A stretch of 64,000 nucleotides of DNA, from assembly GCA_905178155.1 (NCBI GenBank), contig CAJINV010000004.1, positions 9,355,360 through 9,419,359 on the forward strand. Direction: 5' to 3'. This document shows, piece by piece, positions 36,501-47,400 of the stretch. Positions within the stretch are counted from its first letter, which is position 1. Every line of letters starts with the position of its first letter. The notes beneath the pieces were generated by a model. The model saw nothing but the letters and a program-made list of their open reading frames with translations, was not told where the DNA came from and ran no database searches. A program made the position numbers and the translations under genes. This stretch comes from Amoebophrya sp. A120. Lineage: Eukaryota; Protista; Dinoflagellata.

Positions 36501-39500
36501 TGCGAAGTTGACATCGTCTTCGGAGAACAGTGCGCCTACTGCCCCGTCGTTTACTACTTCCTCTTCAGTTAATTTTCCGGGCTCAACTACAACACCCGAT
36601 GAATTCATCTCGTCGAATATCAAATACCCACATTCCATCTGGTCCAGCGGCACCATCGAGCCGCTGCTGGAGGTCCGCCGCGCTCTGACGCTGAAGTCGC
36701 GGAACAAAGCGTACTTGTCCGCAGGTTGTGGCGACACCTCGCACGTGCTCGACCTGAAAACCCTCTTTGGCGGCGCGGCGGAATATGGGGTGCGTGTGGA
36801 AGACAAAAGAGCCTTCGCTACCGCGGAGAAAAAGCGCAGTGGTCTGAAGATTCTCCAAAAGACGTGGGAGGCCGCGAACAAATCCGCGTTGCTGCATGGA
36901 AAATTTCTACGATCCGTCAGGAGAAAGCCTGAGTCGGCGATTAATGTGTTAGCAAGTGTCAGCACGGCTTCGAGTTGTAGTTTGATACACGTCGGCGGTC
37001 CTGCGACATCAGCGTCGGCGCTCGACACAGCCGAGGCGAATCTGGAAAATGTGAAATACCTGAACCAAACGATCAGCAGGATAAGCAGGATTCTGAAGCA
37101 GGACGCACAAGAAAGGCAAACAGCTTCATCTTCATCCCGAGGTGGCGCGGCAGCGGGGCATAACTCCGCCTTATCAAGCAGTAACTTGCGCCCGCCCCTA
37201 GACCTCCCGCCCTTTCGTGAGATGGTGGACCTGGTGCGCTCGAACTTCGAGCGTGAGTACCAAATTGCCTCTTGTCTGTGGCACGAGAACTCCCGTTCGC
37301 AGGCGGTGGGGTGCTTAAAACACATTACGGAGTCCGTGGAGCACGTTTGCAGCTTCGCGAATTTGGTGCAGGAAAGAGTGGTGGGCCCCTCGGAGGGAAA
37401 GGTAGACGTGTCAATGGTTTCCTTGACAGGAGGGGGCACCAGTTTTGCTTCTGCTCCTTCTGTAGCGCACAAAGTGCAAAAGATGAATTCGTACCTCCGC
37501 TTGCAGATCTTTGCCGCGAAGGTGACGATGCGACTTGGTGAATGGCAGTACAAGATATCCGCAAAAAACAACCATCCTTGCCATCCAATTTGTCATGCTA
37601 AAGAACTTGCATAAAGATAAAACTAAAAGTAAAAGTTCGAGTTGCACGCAAAATTTGCCATGCAAGAAATGGATGGGGATGGTTGTTTTTTTGTGGATAC
37701 AAGACCGGCAAGACGCAAGACGGCCAGGCTTTGCTGCAAAGGGCGACGCAAAAGGTGGAAGAATCACTGAGGGTCCAGGAAGCGCACAACCAAAAAAGCC
37801 CGGAAACGTTTTTCGACGCCCAATTTCTGTACCTGAAGCCGTTCATCCAGTACGCAACCTGTTTAGATGAAACGTTGAAGACGTTGGAAAGCAACGCCGT
37901 CATGATGAAGAAGCAGAAGGAGCAGCTGCAGCGGATTCTCAGCGACGAGCGCAACAACTACGATGTACATGGAAACCTTGTGACCCCTATGCACGCACAA
38001 GATTCGCTGAGGGGAACGCAAACTTTCGACGAGACGATAAAAGCGTACGTGGAGCACACGGTGGAAGCGTTGTTGAAAGTTCTGTGTTTGTACGACGACG
38101 GGTACGCCGTCAAGCGAACGCCTTTCTACAACAGTGCGCCGTCGGCCAGTAAGTCACCAGGAACATCTTCAAGGGAAAACATTTCGAAAAGAAATCGGGA
38201 TCCGCACTCTGCCAGCCGGAACAAGTACCTGCAACGGCTGACTCTAATCACCTCGCGGCTGCTCGTCCTCTGGTTCAATTATCCGAGCATTGCCACCCCT
38301 TGCATCAGACGAGCCATGGCCATGCCGCCCTCCCGCGCAGCAGACCGACTCGTGAAAAGCCCGCGCTCGATTGAATATGAGAAGCCTGAAAACCGTCTGA
38401 AATTGAAACCGTTCGTCCCCTTTCTCCGCCAGCTCGCTTGTCGTTTGAGCTTTTTACACAAGACGGACGACGGAGACGTCAAGATGGAGCGGAATATCAG
38501 CAACAAGAGCCACAGCAGCGAGGCGAGCGGATCGAGCAGCAAAAACGGAGCAGTATCTTCGTCCTCCGGGAACAATTCTTCGCAAAACAGCACCCCTGGA
38601 GGCAGCTCGCTGGACCGGAACGCGAACTTTCAAGAAACGCTTTGGGAGCTGCTCACGCGGCTTCTGCTCAACTACCCTTTCGAGGCCACTCCGGTTCTCT
38701 TGTTGCACAAGAACGCCGAACTAATTGTCCACACTAAAAGATCGCAGCAGCGCAAACTGCAGCTAAACGCCGGAACGTCGTTTACCAAAGTGCCGCAGGC
38801 GGTCCAGGAAATCTTCAACGAAGCCCGGCGCCGGGCGGCAGCATTGGTGGTTGGGGACGCGAAGAGATCGAACGCGTTTCTGTCCATGATGTCAAAGTGG
38901 AGAGCAGAAAAGTTGTCTACTATTGCACCGATAGTACCGCAAGGCCAAGGGGTGAATAACAACAAGCTACTACTTTCCGGAGCCTCCAGCGGACAGCAGC
39001 AGCCATCCGGTGGATCCGCTTCTTCAATGAATTCGCTGGCTCCGCAGATAAATTTCGAACTCGGAACATCAAGGGGGAAGAACATTATTAGCGGACCCAA
39101 CAGCATGGATCATGCTCATGGGGTTCTAGACCAAGAACTACCGGGCGGTAGCTTTTCTTCTGGTGCAGGAACAACCTCCTCAAGTCTGAACCCCATCGTA
39201 GGTGCGCTGCGAAATTTGCTCGGCAAAGCAGCTACGGCAAAGAACAAAACGAGCCCACCGGATCATGAAAGTGGCTCTAGTAATAGCAGTAGTGAAAGCT
39301 GCGATGAACAAGATGGTTCGGGCAACATCGAGAACCTTCTCTTCAAGCTGCTCGAGCTGTACCAGCAGAAAAAATCCGACTCCTCGGTCGGTCGCCGCGA
39401 GTGGCAGGACCAGCTGGACTTTTTCCGCACCGAGCACAACTTTTCGGACGTGCGCAACCTGAGCCACTTTTTCGTGTTTCCGAAAAAGAGTAAAGCGGTG

Positions 39501-41693
39501 GAACACAGAAAGCTCGAGAAATACGTGTTTGATGCGAGAAAGGCGAAGCAGCTCCCGGTAAAAGCGACTAAAGCAGACTGCAAGGAAACCGCGCTTTCCC
39601 ACCGCGTCACCGCGTTGGAGAAAATCTTTTCCTGGTGCATCGAGCTGTGTCACGAGCTGCCTCCACACCCAAATGGCATAGACTGGAAGGACGAAAAACG
39701 GGTCATGCCCATCACCAAGTCGGCGGTACAGGCGGAGACGCACAAGCAGTGCAAGCAGTGGGCGACGTGGTGGCCGAGCCTGACCGCTTACTCGGACATT
39801 CACTACCAGTACCGTGAAGCGGACCTGCTCACGGGGTGGTCCGACACCTTTCAAATGGTGGGCAGCGGGGTCTCCGTGCCGCGCAGCATCATCGTGGTGG
39901 CGGAAAGCGGGAAGGCGTACAAGCTGCTGGTCAAGGGCGACGACGATGCCCGACAAGACTGCATTTTCGAGCAGATTTTCATGCATTTGAAGTCCGTCGC
40001 CGGAAGAGCCGCGCCGGGGGGCGGGGGAAAAACCAACAAAAACGTGTTCGAGCACCTGGTCACCTACAAAGTGATACCGCTCGCACCGCAACAGGCCGTG
40101 ATAGAGTGGGTCGACCCAACAATGCCCGTCGGAAGTTGGCTGCAGGTATTGCTTCAGTTTATTGTCAGAAGTTGTTAGTTTAGTTGAGCAACACGTATTT
40201 TTATTTCAATTGCAGCTCATGGCCATGGATATTTCATAAAGATGAGCATGGAACACCAAAAAGTTTTCGTCCAAATTTTTCAACAAAGAAACCCTCGATT
40301 CCGAAGAAGAAAATGCATTCGAACAACAGGACGCTGGCGGCGGGCATGCGCGCTATAATCCACAGGATTGGGCAAATGCCCGATGTCGCGCGGTCATGAA
40401 CGAAGGCCACTTTACGGGTTTTGTGCAAGACCCGGCCTTGCGAGACAAGAAAATCGCGGCGTTCAGGAAGTGTTGCGAGAACTTCCAGCCCGCGCTATTG
40501 TGAGGAAAAATCCCCCCTCCCCATATCGAAAAGATACGTCGCCGAAAATTTGCAATGCTGATTTGCGACCACAAATCATCTCTGTCTTGCAAGAAGGCAA
40601 GTCCACAGGCTCCGCCGCATTCTGCAGGCGGTTTGTGATGCTGTTGGGCCTACAGCGCAGACGTTTCTCATGCTAAGAGCCTAGCCCAAGACCTCTCTAC
40701 TCAGGCTTAGTATGGACCTGCAGTCCTCTCCAGCAAGACAAATCCGATTTGTGTACGCAAATCCAGCATCACAGACTTCGTTTTGATGTGGGGTGGGGGC
40801 TTTTTTCACTTTGATACGCGCTGAAGTACTTCTTTCTCGAGAAATTTGGGCACAACGCGGTCAAACACCACGAGGCGCTGTATCAAGTGTAAAAATGTCT
40901 GGGTCTGGAAGATTCTGAGATTTGTCATGCATGTTTTACATGACCTAGGATGTCTGTAATGCGCGACCTGACATCACAGATTTTTAGAGTGCTTGCTGAT
41001 GCCTACTCCGCATGACAAACGCCCTCCCCGCGTAGCGCAACCTAGACTCCTCTTGCTGGTCATGCAATACAGATTTTTTTAGATGAGTCCAAAGCTAGCG
41101 TCACAAGTTCCATCCTCCCAGACCCAGACATTTTTACAGTTGATACGCTGACGGCGTATGCGAAATCGTTGGCGGTGACCTCGATGGTCGGGTATGTTCT
41201 GGGCGTGGGCGACCGGCACGTGAACAACATCATGATGAATTTGAAAACCGGCGAGATCCTCCACATCGACTTTGGCATGGTCTTTGACTTTGCGAAAAAT
41301 CTCCCCGTTCCCGAGGAGGTGCCCTTCCGGATGACGCGCGACTTGGTGCACCCGCTCGGGTGGCAGGGGTTGCAGAACGGGGTCTTTCGGAAAGGATGTG
41401 AGTACGCGTTCGAACTGCTGCAGCAGCACGAGGAATTGCTGTTAAACCTGTGCGAAGTCTTTCTCTACGACCCCATCACGCGGTGGAACGCGCGCCAGGA
41501 GTGCGAAACGGCGGCCGGCGGGGAGCAGGCACTGCAGAGCATACGGAGCAAGTTGAGCTTGACCGACTGTCACAGCAAGTCCGGGCTGAGCCAGTTCAAG
41601 GACGTGCCGGCTTTCCTGGACTACTTGTTGACGAAAGCAACGGACCCAGTGAACCAGGCAGTGATGTTTGCCGGGTGGAGCTCGTGGTGTTAG
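24526..41693 (+). CDS. ATM: ATM/Tel1-like PI3K-related protein kinase, ~5,115 aa
   Basis: Exons 24526-30669, 30981-31040, 31302-33462, 33782-37555, 37705-40145, 40330-40495, 40822-40880, 41151-41693 (15,348 nt, in frame). Motifs LVKGDDDARQD, TYKVIPL, IEWV, HARYNPQDW..CENFQPALKYFFLEKF (ATM-type), VGYVLGVGDRHVNNI, HIDFG, PEEVPFRMTRD, and FATC ATDPVNQAVMFAGWSSWC. Confidence 0.88.
30670..30975. mobile_element. Introner, family F, DR AGACT/AGACC
   Basis: TATGGAAGTGTCAGAATCGAAATTGACAAAATCGAAAAATTTG...CAAATTTTTCGATTTTGTCGATTTCGATTCTGACGCTTCCATA. Frame restored. Confidence 0.93.
31041..31296. mobile_element. Introner, family A2, DR CCTTG/TCTTG
   Basis: Family A TIRs. Excision gives SFQSL-PAKLKD. 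Confidence 0.92.
33463..33776. mobile_element. Introner, family F, DR TGCGG
   Basis: TATGGGAGTGTCAGGATTGAAATC...GATTTCGATTCTGACACTTTCATA; interior similar to 30670. Excision gives TTA-G-CFEPL. Confidence 0.93.
37556..37699. mobile_element. Introner, family D-like, DR CAAGA
   Basis: TATCCGCAAAAAACAACCATCC...GGATGGTTGTTTTTTTGTGGATA. Excision gives EWQYK-T-GKTQDG. Confidence 0.92.
40146..40329 (+). other. GT-AG intron in the kinase domain
   Basis: CAG|GTATTG...CAACAG|GAC gives GSWLQ-DAGGGHARY. Confidence 0.85.
40496..40816. mobile_element. Introner, family G, DR CGCGC
   Basis: TATTGTGAGGAAAAATCCCCCTCCCCATATC...GATGTGGGGTGGGGGCTTTTTTCACTTTGATA. Excision gives NFQPA-L-KYFFLEKF. Confidence 0.92.
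40881..41145. mobile_element. Introner, family A, DR CGCTG; opposite orientation to 4521, 9950 and 61298
   Basis: Family A TIRs; interior matches the reverse complement of 61298. Excision gives HHEAL-TAYAKSLAVTSM. Confidence 0.94.
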
Positions 41694-42239
41694 TGACGGG
41701 GTCGTTGTGTACGTAGAACCATCAGAAGTGAATTATTCATTTCTGATTGTTTTACTCACTTTTGTAGAAATTGGATGAAATCCTCAAGATGCAAATGCTT
41801 ATACTTTTACTTTGTGAGAAAGGCTCAAGGAACCTCGCACTGCTCGGACCCCGGTGCGGGGGGAGAGTTTTTAATGTGTCCGTCAGTACTCCTCCCCAAA
41901 GTGATGTTCCCGATTTACCCGACTTAAAAGTAAATGATTGTGATTGTCTTCGAGTAGGTCTCTCTCTCATCAGTAAGGACAGACAGCAGTACTTGCGCAC
42001 TAGAGTGACAATGAGTGAAAATCTAAATCGTCTGATCGTTCAGCTTTTTCGCTCACCGCCAAATAATCGAAAATCGCAAATCGTTGATCGTACTAAGTCG
42101 TGCTACAAATTCACCTTCGCACCACCACAAGTCCTTTATCACCGCACTAACAGGGGAGTCGTATGCAAAATATTAAGATTTGATTCGCGTTCCAGTATTG
42201 ATTTTTCAGACTGTATAGCAAACTGCAAAAACACTAACC

Positions 42240-43568
42240 ATGCCGAATCCTAATCCCGGTGGTGGCGCCGCAGAGCCGAAGGAACCAAAGAAGTCGCAGA
42301 AGGCGAAAGACGACGAGTCGAACGGGGAAGCGGCACAAAAAAGCAAGCGTGGAAGGAAGAAGGGGAGTACGAAAAACACGCCGAAGATTGCTGCCACGAC
42401 GCCTACAGCCACGCCTGGAAACCGCTTGCTCGCGATTGAAAAACAAGTGTCCGAGTTGCGCTCGCTGAACATTATATCCATCAAGGGATTTGGTCTTCGT
42501 CCTTTCTCCATATGGTGTCAGGAGGCACAGGAGGAGCACGACAAGATGACCAAGGCGGGGAGCGAAGTCGGCGCGGGGGAACAGCAGGAGGAGATGCTGC
42601 AAGATGAGGATGGAGACGAAAAAATGAACACCGCTCGGCAAGTAACATTCCCGGAAGACGAAGATGAGGACGTCAACATGTACTCAAGCAATAAGCGGGC
42701 GAACCAGGACGACGAGGAGGAACCCAGCAAGCCATCTCCTATGCTTGAGGCCCAGTATGTTGCAGATCGGAAGGTGTTCGTAGCCAATTTCGCTGATCAC
42801 AAGCACCCGGAAAAGCTCAAGTTTTGGAAACGGGAGTGCATACACGAGATCATTGCGGTACTCAAGGCGAACATCGTAAAGTCGGGGGAGTCGGGACTGC
42901 AGGTGCTGAAGGATGAAGCCACCGGAAAAATAACTATTGCAGAGGATCCCGAACTCAAGTATAGCGAGACGCAGGCAGAGGTTTGCCGGCGCCTCGCGCT
43001 CAAGATGGTGAGAGCTTTCAGGGGGATAGAACCTTGTTACATCAGGTTCTTATCAGTAAATGCAAGCACGGACTGGGCAGATTTGATCTTGCGGCCAAAC
43101 TCGCAGACTATGGCGCTTAATTCGATAGTACAGTCTGAAGAAAAGAATTGGTGCAAGATTTACGTCCTACCGATCCTGGTTCGGGAGAACTACCCGCGGT
43201 CCCCCGCGGAAGCGAAGAAAACGGCGGCAAAAATCCAGGCGGCAGCGGAAAAGGACCAGAAGGATCCGACCGCGGGCACACAGGCGGTGAACACCGAGGA
43301 CAAGAAGGGCGGCAAGGGAGGCGCGAACCCAAACTCAAAAAAGCAGAAAACTGACAGTACGGCGGGAAGCAGCAGTAGCAGTAGTGCTAAGGGAAGTCAG
43401 AAGAACCGCGCCGGAACCGGGGCCGCGGCCAGCGCGTCCTCGTCCTCGACAACGGCGCGAGAGGAAAAACCATCCCAGCCGCAGGTGGTAAAGAAGTCGG
43501 GCGTCAATGTGGATCGCCTTCTGAGGACCGGGATTTTGGTGAAGGGGAAAAAGTTGACGTTCACCTAG
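42240..43568 (+). CDS. ORF1-like protein (or captured mRNA ORF) inside the retroelement, 442 aa
   Basis: Basic N- and C-termini and a short coiled-coil (RLLAIEKQVSELR); lies between the TSDs; no recognised domain. Confidence 0.7.
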   Translation: MPNPNPGGGAAEPKEPKKSQKAKDDESNGEAAQKSKRGRKKGSTKNTPKIAATTPTATPGNRLLAIEKQVSELRSLNIISIKGFGLRPFSIWCQEAQEEHDKMTKAGSEVGAGEQQEEMLQDEDGDEKMNTARQVTFPEDEDEDVNMYSSNKRANQDDEEEPSKPSPMLEAQYVADRKVFVANFADHKHPEKLKFWKRECIHEIIAVLKANIVKSGESGLQVLKDEATGKITIAEDPELKYSETQAEVCRRLALKMVRAFRGIEPCYIRFLSVNASTDWADLILRPNSQTMALNSIVQSEEKNWCKIYVLPILVRENYPRSPAEAKKTAAKIQAAAEKDQKDPTAGTQAVNTEDKKGGKGGANPNSKKQKTDSTAGSSSSSSAKGSQKNRAGTGAAASASSSSTTAREEKPSQPQVVKKSGVNVDRLLRTGILVKGKKLTFT

Positions 43569-44260
43569 GTGTGGAGAGGCAAGTAGTTTGTAGTCGATGA
43601 CTAGCGGTGCGCGTACATGCTGGTCTACCTTACTGATGAGAGGGTTGGAGTATCATGAAGTAGTTTTTACTTTTGCTCGCCGAACTGAAAACGAGGACTT
43701 AATTCGAACCGGAGGTGAAGCTGCGTCGCAAGTCTCGCCGTGTATGATAAAAAGCTAGAAAGGTGTTTTTGGAGATATTGCAGCGCGGATTCGCCATCGG
43801 GGGCTCACTTGAAGACGATCATATCTAAAAAGTAATATCGAGGAACGGACAGCCGATCGCTGAACACGGAGGCGCAGACTGGCCGATACGAAGCAGGAGC
43901 TGTTGATTGCAAGACAGCTACGAGACCTCTCCAGCGATCGACCCCGCCGTATCCTGAAATATCGAAAACGGTGTGCAGTTGTGACAAGTTCTTTGTTTTC
44001 CATATCGAAAACGGAGGCACTTGAAAAGATATCAGGAGGCGGTAGTTTGGATTTGGAAGGAGTGCTGATGTCTTAGAAAGTTGAATTGTGGTTCGATCGA
44101 CGTGCTGCTGCCAATCGCGACGACATCCTGCAGTAAGTGTGCGTGCAGGTGTAGTCTGATCGGGTGGTTTACAAGATCGAATTTGTGACGGTCACGAGGA
44201 CCTGATCGGGCCCGCGGTTTGCCAGCCGCGGTGCTTTTTGAAGGCACAAGCACTACTATC

Positions 44261-44289
<29 letters not shown>
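44261..44289 (+). repeat. Internal poly(A) tract (29 A) between ORF1 and ORF2
   Basis: Direct reading. Confidence 0.95.
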
Positions 44290-44294
<5 letters not shown>

Positions 44295-44475
44295 AGAAGA
44301 AGTTCCTGCTGCGTTTGTTCCCCCTGAGCAAAGCGCCTTTTATAAGGCTGACGAACGTTACAGGAGCAGACGAGTCCTTGAGTGTGTTCGCGACCAGAAG
44401 CCGAGACTTCAGGGCACCCGTGAAGAGTTTTGAGAGAGTTTCTTTTTACCGAGCCAAACACACCCCTACCCCGCG

Positions 44476-47400
44476 ATGAGCGCACAAGCTTTAGCCCCCG
44501 CAGCAGGGAGGAACCCGGCTGCAGGCGACAGCAGACTTCATGCCGGGCGGGAGGAACCTGCCCGAGAGCGGCGCAGGGTTAGAGTGCTGAAGAGCTTACG
44601 AGTTGGCACCTTCAATGTACGTACGTTGGGGGTGCAAGAGGACGATGGGACCAGAACGGTGGAGAGGGAGTGCTTGTTGAGAGATGCTAGAGAGCGGAAG
44701 TTGGATGTGCTGGCAACACAAGAATCTCGGGTGACGGAATGGATCAATGGAGAAAAGCTTGATGAGTACGTGCTTTATGGAGGCGGAGCTTGGAAAAACG
44801 CCGCAGGTGCTGCTGTTGGCGGAGTTCTATTCTTGATACGATCAAGCTTAGAAGTGGTGGGTTATGAGGATGAGCAGTGGGGCCGCCACGCGCGTATTTC
44901 ATTACGAACGCCACAGGGCCAGAGAGTGCATGTGCACGGATGTTACGCCCCGACCAACGCCGCAGACCGGGAAACAAAAGACCTCTTTTGGAACCGGGTC
45001 GCGCAGAAGGTGGCCGCGCACAGTAGTAGGGATGTTGTAGTGGCGGTGGGCGACTTCAACGCGGAGTTTACTGGCGGCCCACAGTGGGAGTTGATAGAAG
45101 CTGGGCTTCCGTTTACCGTCGGGCCGTGTGGCCTAACCTCCAAGTTTGCGCACGAGTCGGACAACGCGACCAGACTCCAGAGCTTCGCCGCGGAGGCAGA
45201 GTTGGTCGACGTTTCTTCGATGTGTAAAAAACCATGGTCCCGACGCTTCACCTTCCAGGGGGAGTGGAAGGGGGCGCGCAACAAGCGGGAGTACGACCAT
45301 ATCCTCATAAGCTGGAAACACCGTGCCCGGGCGCACGGTTTCAGGGTACATGGCGACACGAATACCTTCAGCGACCACCGACTGGTGGTGGTTGAAATCG
45401 CAATGTGGATTGCCAAAAAAGAAAAGGCCCCCACGACAGGAGCTGCATGGGTCAGAACCAAGCAAGCAGCGGAGCAGGTCAGCAGGGAGCTGGAAAAAGT
45501 TTATAACATCGAGGCAACTCCGCACGCCATTGAGACGGGGGATAGGAGCACAGACCAGTGGTGGGGGGAGTTCGAAGAAGTCCTCGTAGCCACCATAGAC
45601 AAGCTCAGCAGAAAAGCAGCGACAAAGAAAGGCCCCCGCAAGCCCTGGATAAGTACAGCAACATGGGAAAAAATCGAAGAACGTAAGCGACTGATGACAA
45701 AGGAGGGGCGGACAAACAAGCTGAGGCGCAGCAGGCTTGGCCGGGTCATCCGGATGTGCATCAAGGAAGACAAAAAGGCCTGGGTGGTCGACAAGCTGGA
45801 AGAGCTCCGCCGGGCCGACAACGCCGGAAATTCCCGGGAGGTGTTTGAAGTTGTGCGGCAGCTTGCGGGGAAATCAAGAAAACCGGCACAGGAATTGCCA
45901 GGGAGCCCGGAAATCTGGACCAGTTTCTGGGGGCAGATCCTGGGCGAGCCCCGGCCGGAGCCCCCCGAGGAGACAAAAAGCACAAAGAGCTACGCAAAGT
46001 GCACCGAGGCACTAGCGGAAGACGACAAACCAGCATGGTGCCACGGTTTGGAAGGGGTCCCAAGCGAGTCCGAGGTGGTCGAGGCCTTGCGCGGGCTAAA
46101 AGCGGGAAAAGCTTACGCGGGAGCAGCGCCTGCAGAACTAATACGCGACTGCGCGCTGGCGCGTGCCGTCGTAGTTTCACTAGTCCGGCGGGTCTTCCGG
46201 GGAGAGGAAGTCCCCGAAGCCTGGGGCCGGGCGGTGTTGGCAATGCTCCACAAGAAAGGGGACAAGAGCCAGGCAAAAAACTACCGGCCGATTGCCTTGC
46301 TGACGTTTGGCGAAAAACTTCTTGGACTTATAATTTTGAAGCGAATCGAAAAAGAAGCAGCGGCAACGATCGACAAAAGGCAAAAAGGGTGCACGCGCGG
46401 ACTGAGCTGCCGGCATGGCGTCTTCCAGATCCTGCGCGACATGGAAAAATGCAAACGGGAAGGGCGCCGGGCGTATCTTATCTTTGCGGACTTCCTCAAA
46501 GCCTTCGACAGCTTGGGGTGGGACGTGATGCACAAGATCCTGAAACACCAAGGCCTCCCGGAGTACATCGGTCGAGTAGTGCGCAGCATGTACGATAGCA
46601 ACGCAAAAATCTGCATTAGACTGGCGCGGGATCGGTGGACAAAGGACATCAAGCAACGGGCAGGAATCAGGCAGGGGAGCTCTCTTTCCCCCTTGATTTT
46701 CGCTATTGTCCTGGACTTTGCAATTACCCAGTTCGCGCGGGTAATGGAGGCCGAAAAGAAGTGGAGTCTTGCTCAGGCTAGGGGCATGGCGATGAGCCTG
46801 CTGGGTTTTGTTGATGACTTGGTGGTCAAGGCCAATGACGAAGAAGACGCGCAGTTCGCAGTGCGCGAACTGGCAGGGGCGTGCCGGTTTGTGGGGCTGG
46901 AACTGAACCCAGACAAGGGAAAAACGGAGGTCATGGTCGTAAACCAGCAGAGCAGGGAGAGGAAAAACGAATTTGCGATGACAGAGCGGTGCATGATCAG
47001 CGAAGAAGAGGGGGTCAAGGCAGTCCATGGGTTCCTCGTGGAATGGGACGGCATCGACCTGGTTCGAGAATACCGCGCTGCCGCGGCAGCGGTGTCAACG
47101 AAGCTGATGGGGGACTTGGTCCCCACCCACCTTGCCGTGTGGGACAACGGACTCCTCAACATCATCAAGATGAAGGCATCCGGGTGGGCCACGCTCGACA
47201 ACGGCAGGGCCATGCGGATCACGAGGCTAGGCCGCCGGGAGTACATCCTCGAGAAACACAACCAGCACCGTTGCCCGAGGTGCGGCGATGTGTTGGAGGA
47301 TGCCACCGCGCTGAAGTACCACCTGGCCACCGGGTTCTGCCGCAAGGACAAAACCATACAGGAACAGAGAACCCTACGGGTGGCCAGACAGGTAGAGGGA

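Noticed and set aside
24526-41693. Host genes as transposon-disrupted pseudogenes
   Set aside because: There are no other stops or frameshifts in multi-kb exons, catalytic motifs are intact, and every excision restores frame even for diverged elements.
41823-41900. HDV-like ribozyme at the LINE 5' end
   Set aside because: Hairpins are present, but the nested double pseudoknot could not be assembled by eye.
43633-43692. Hammerhead ribozyme core (CTGATGAG...GAAA) after ORF1
   Set aside because: I could not build stems I-III around it; an Infernal search would be needed.
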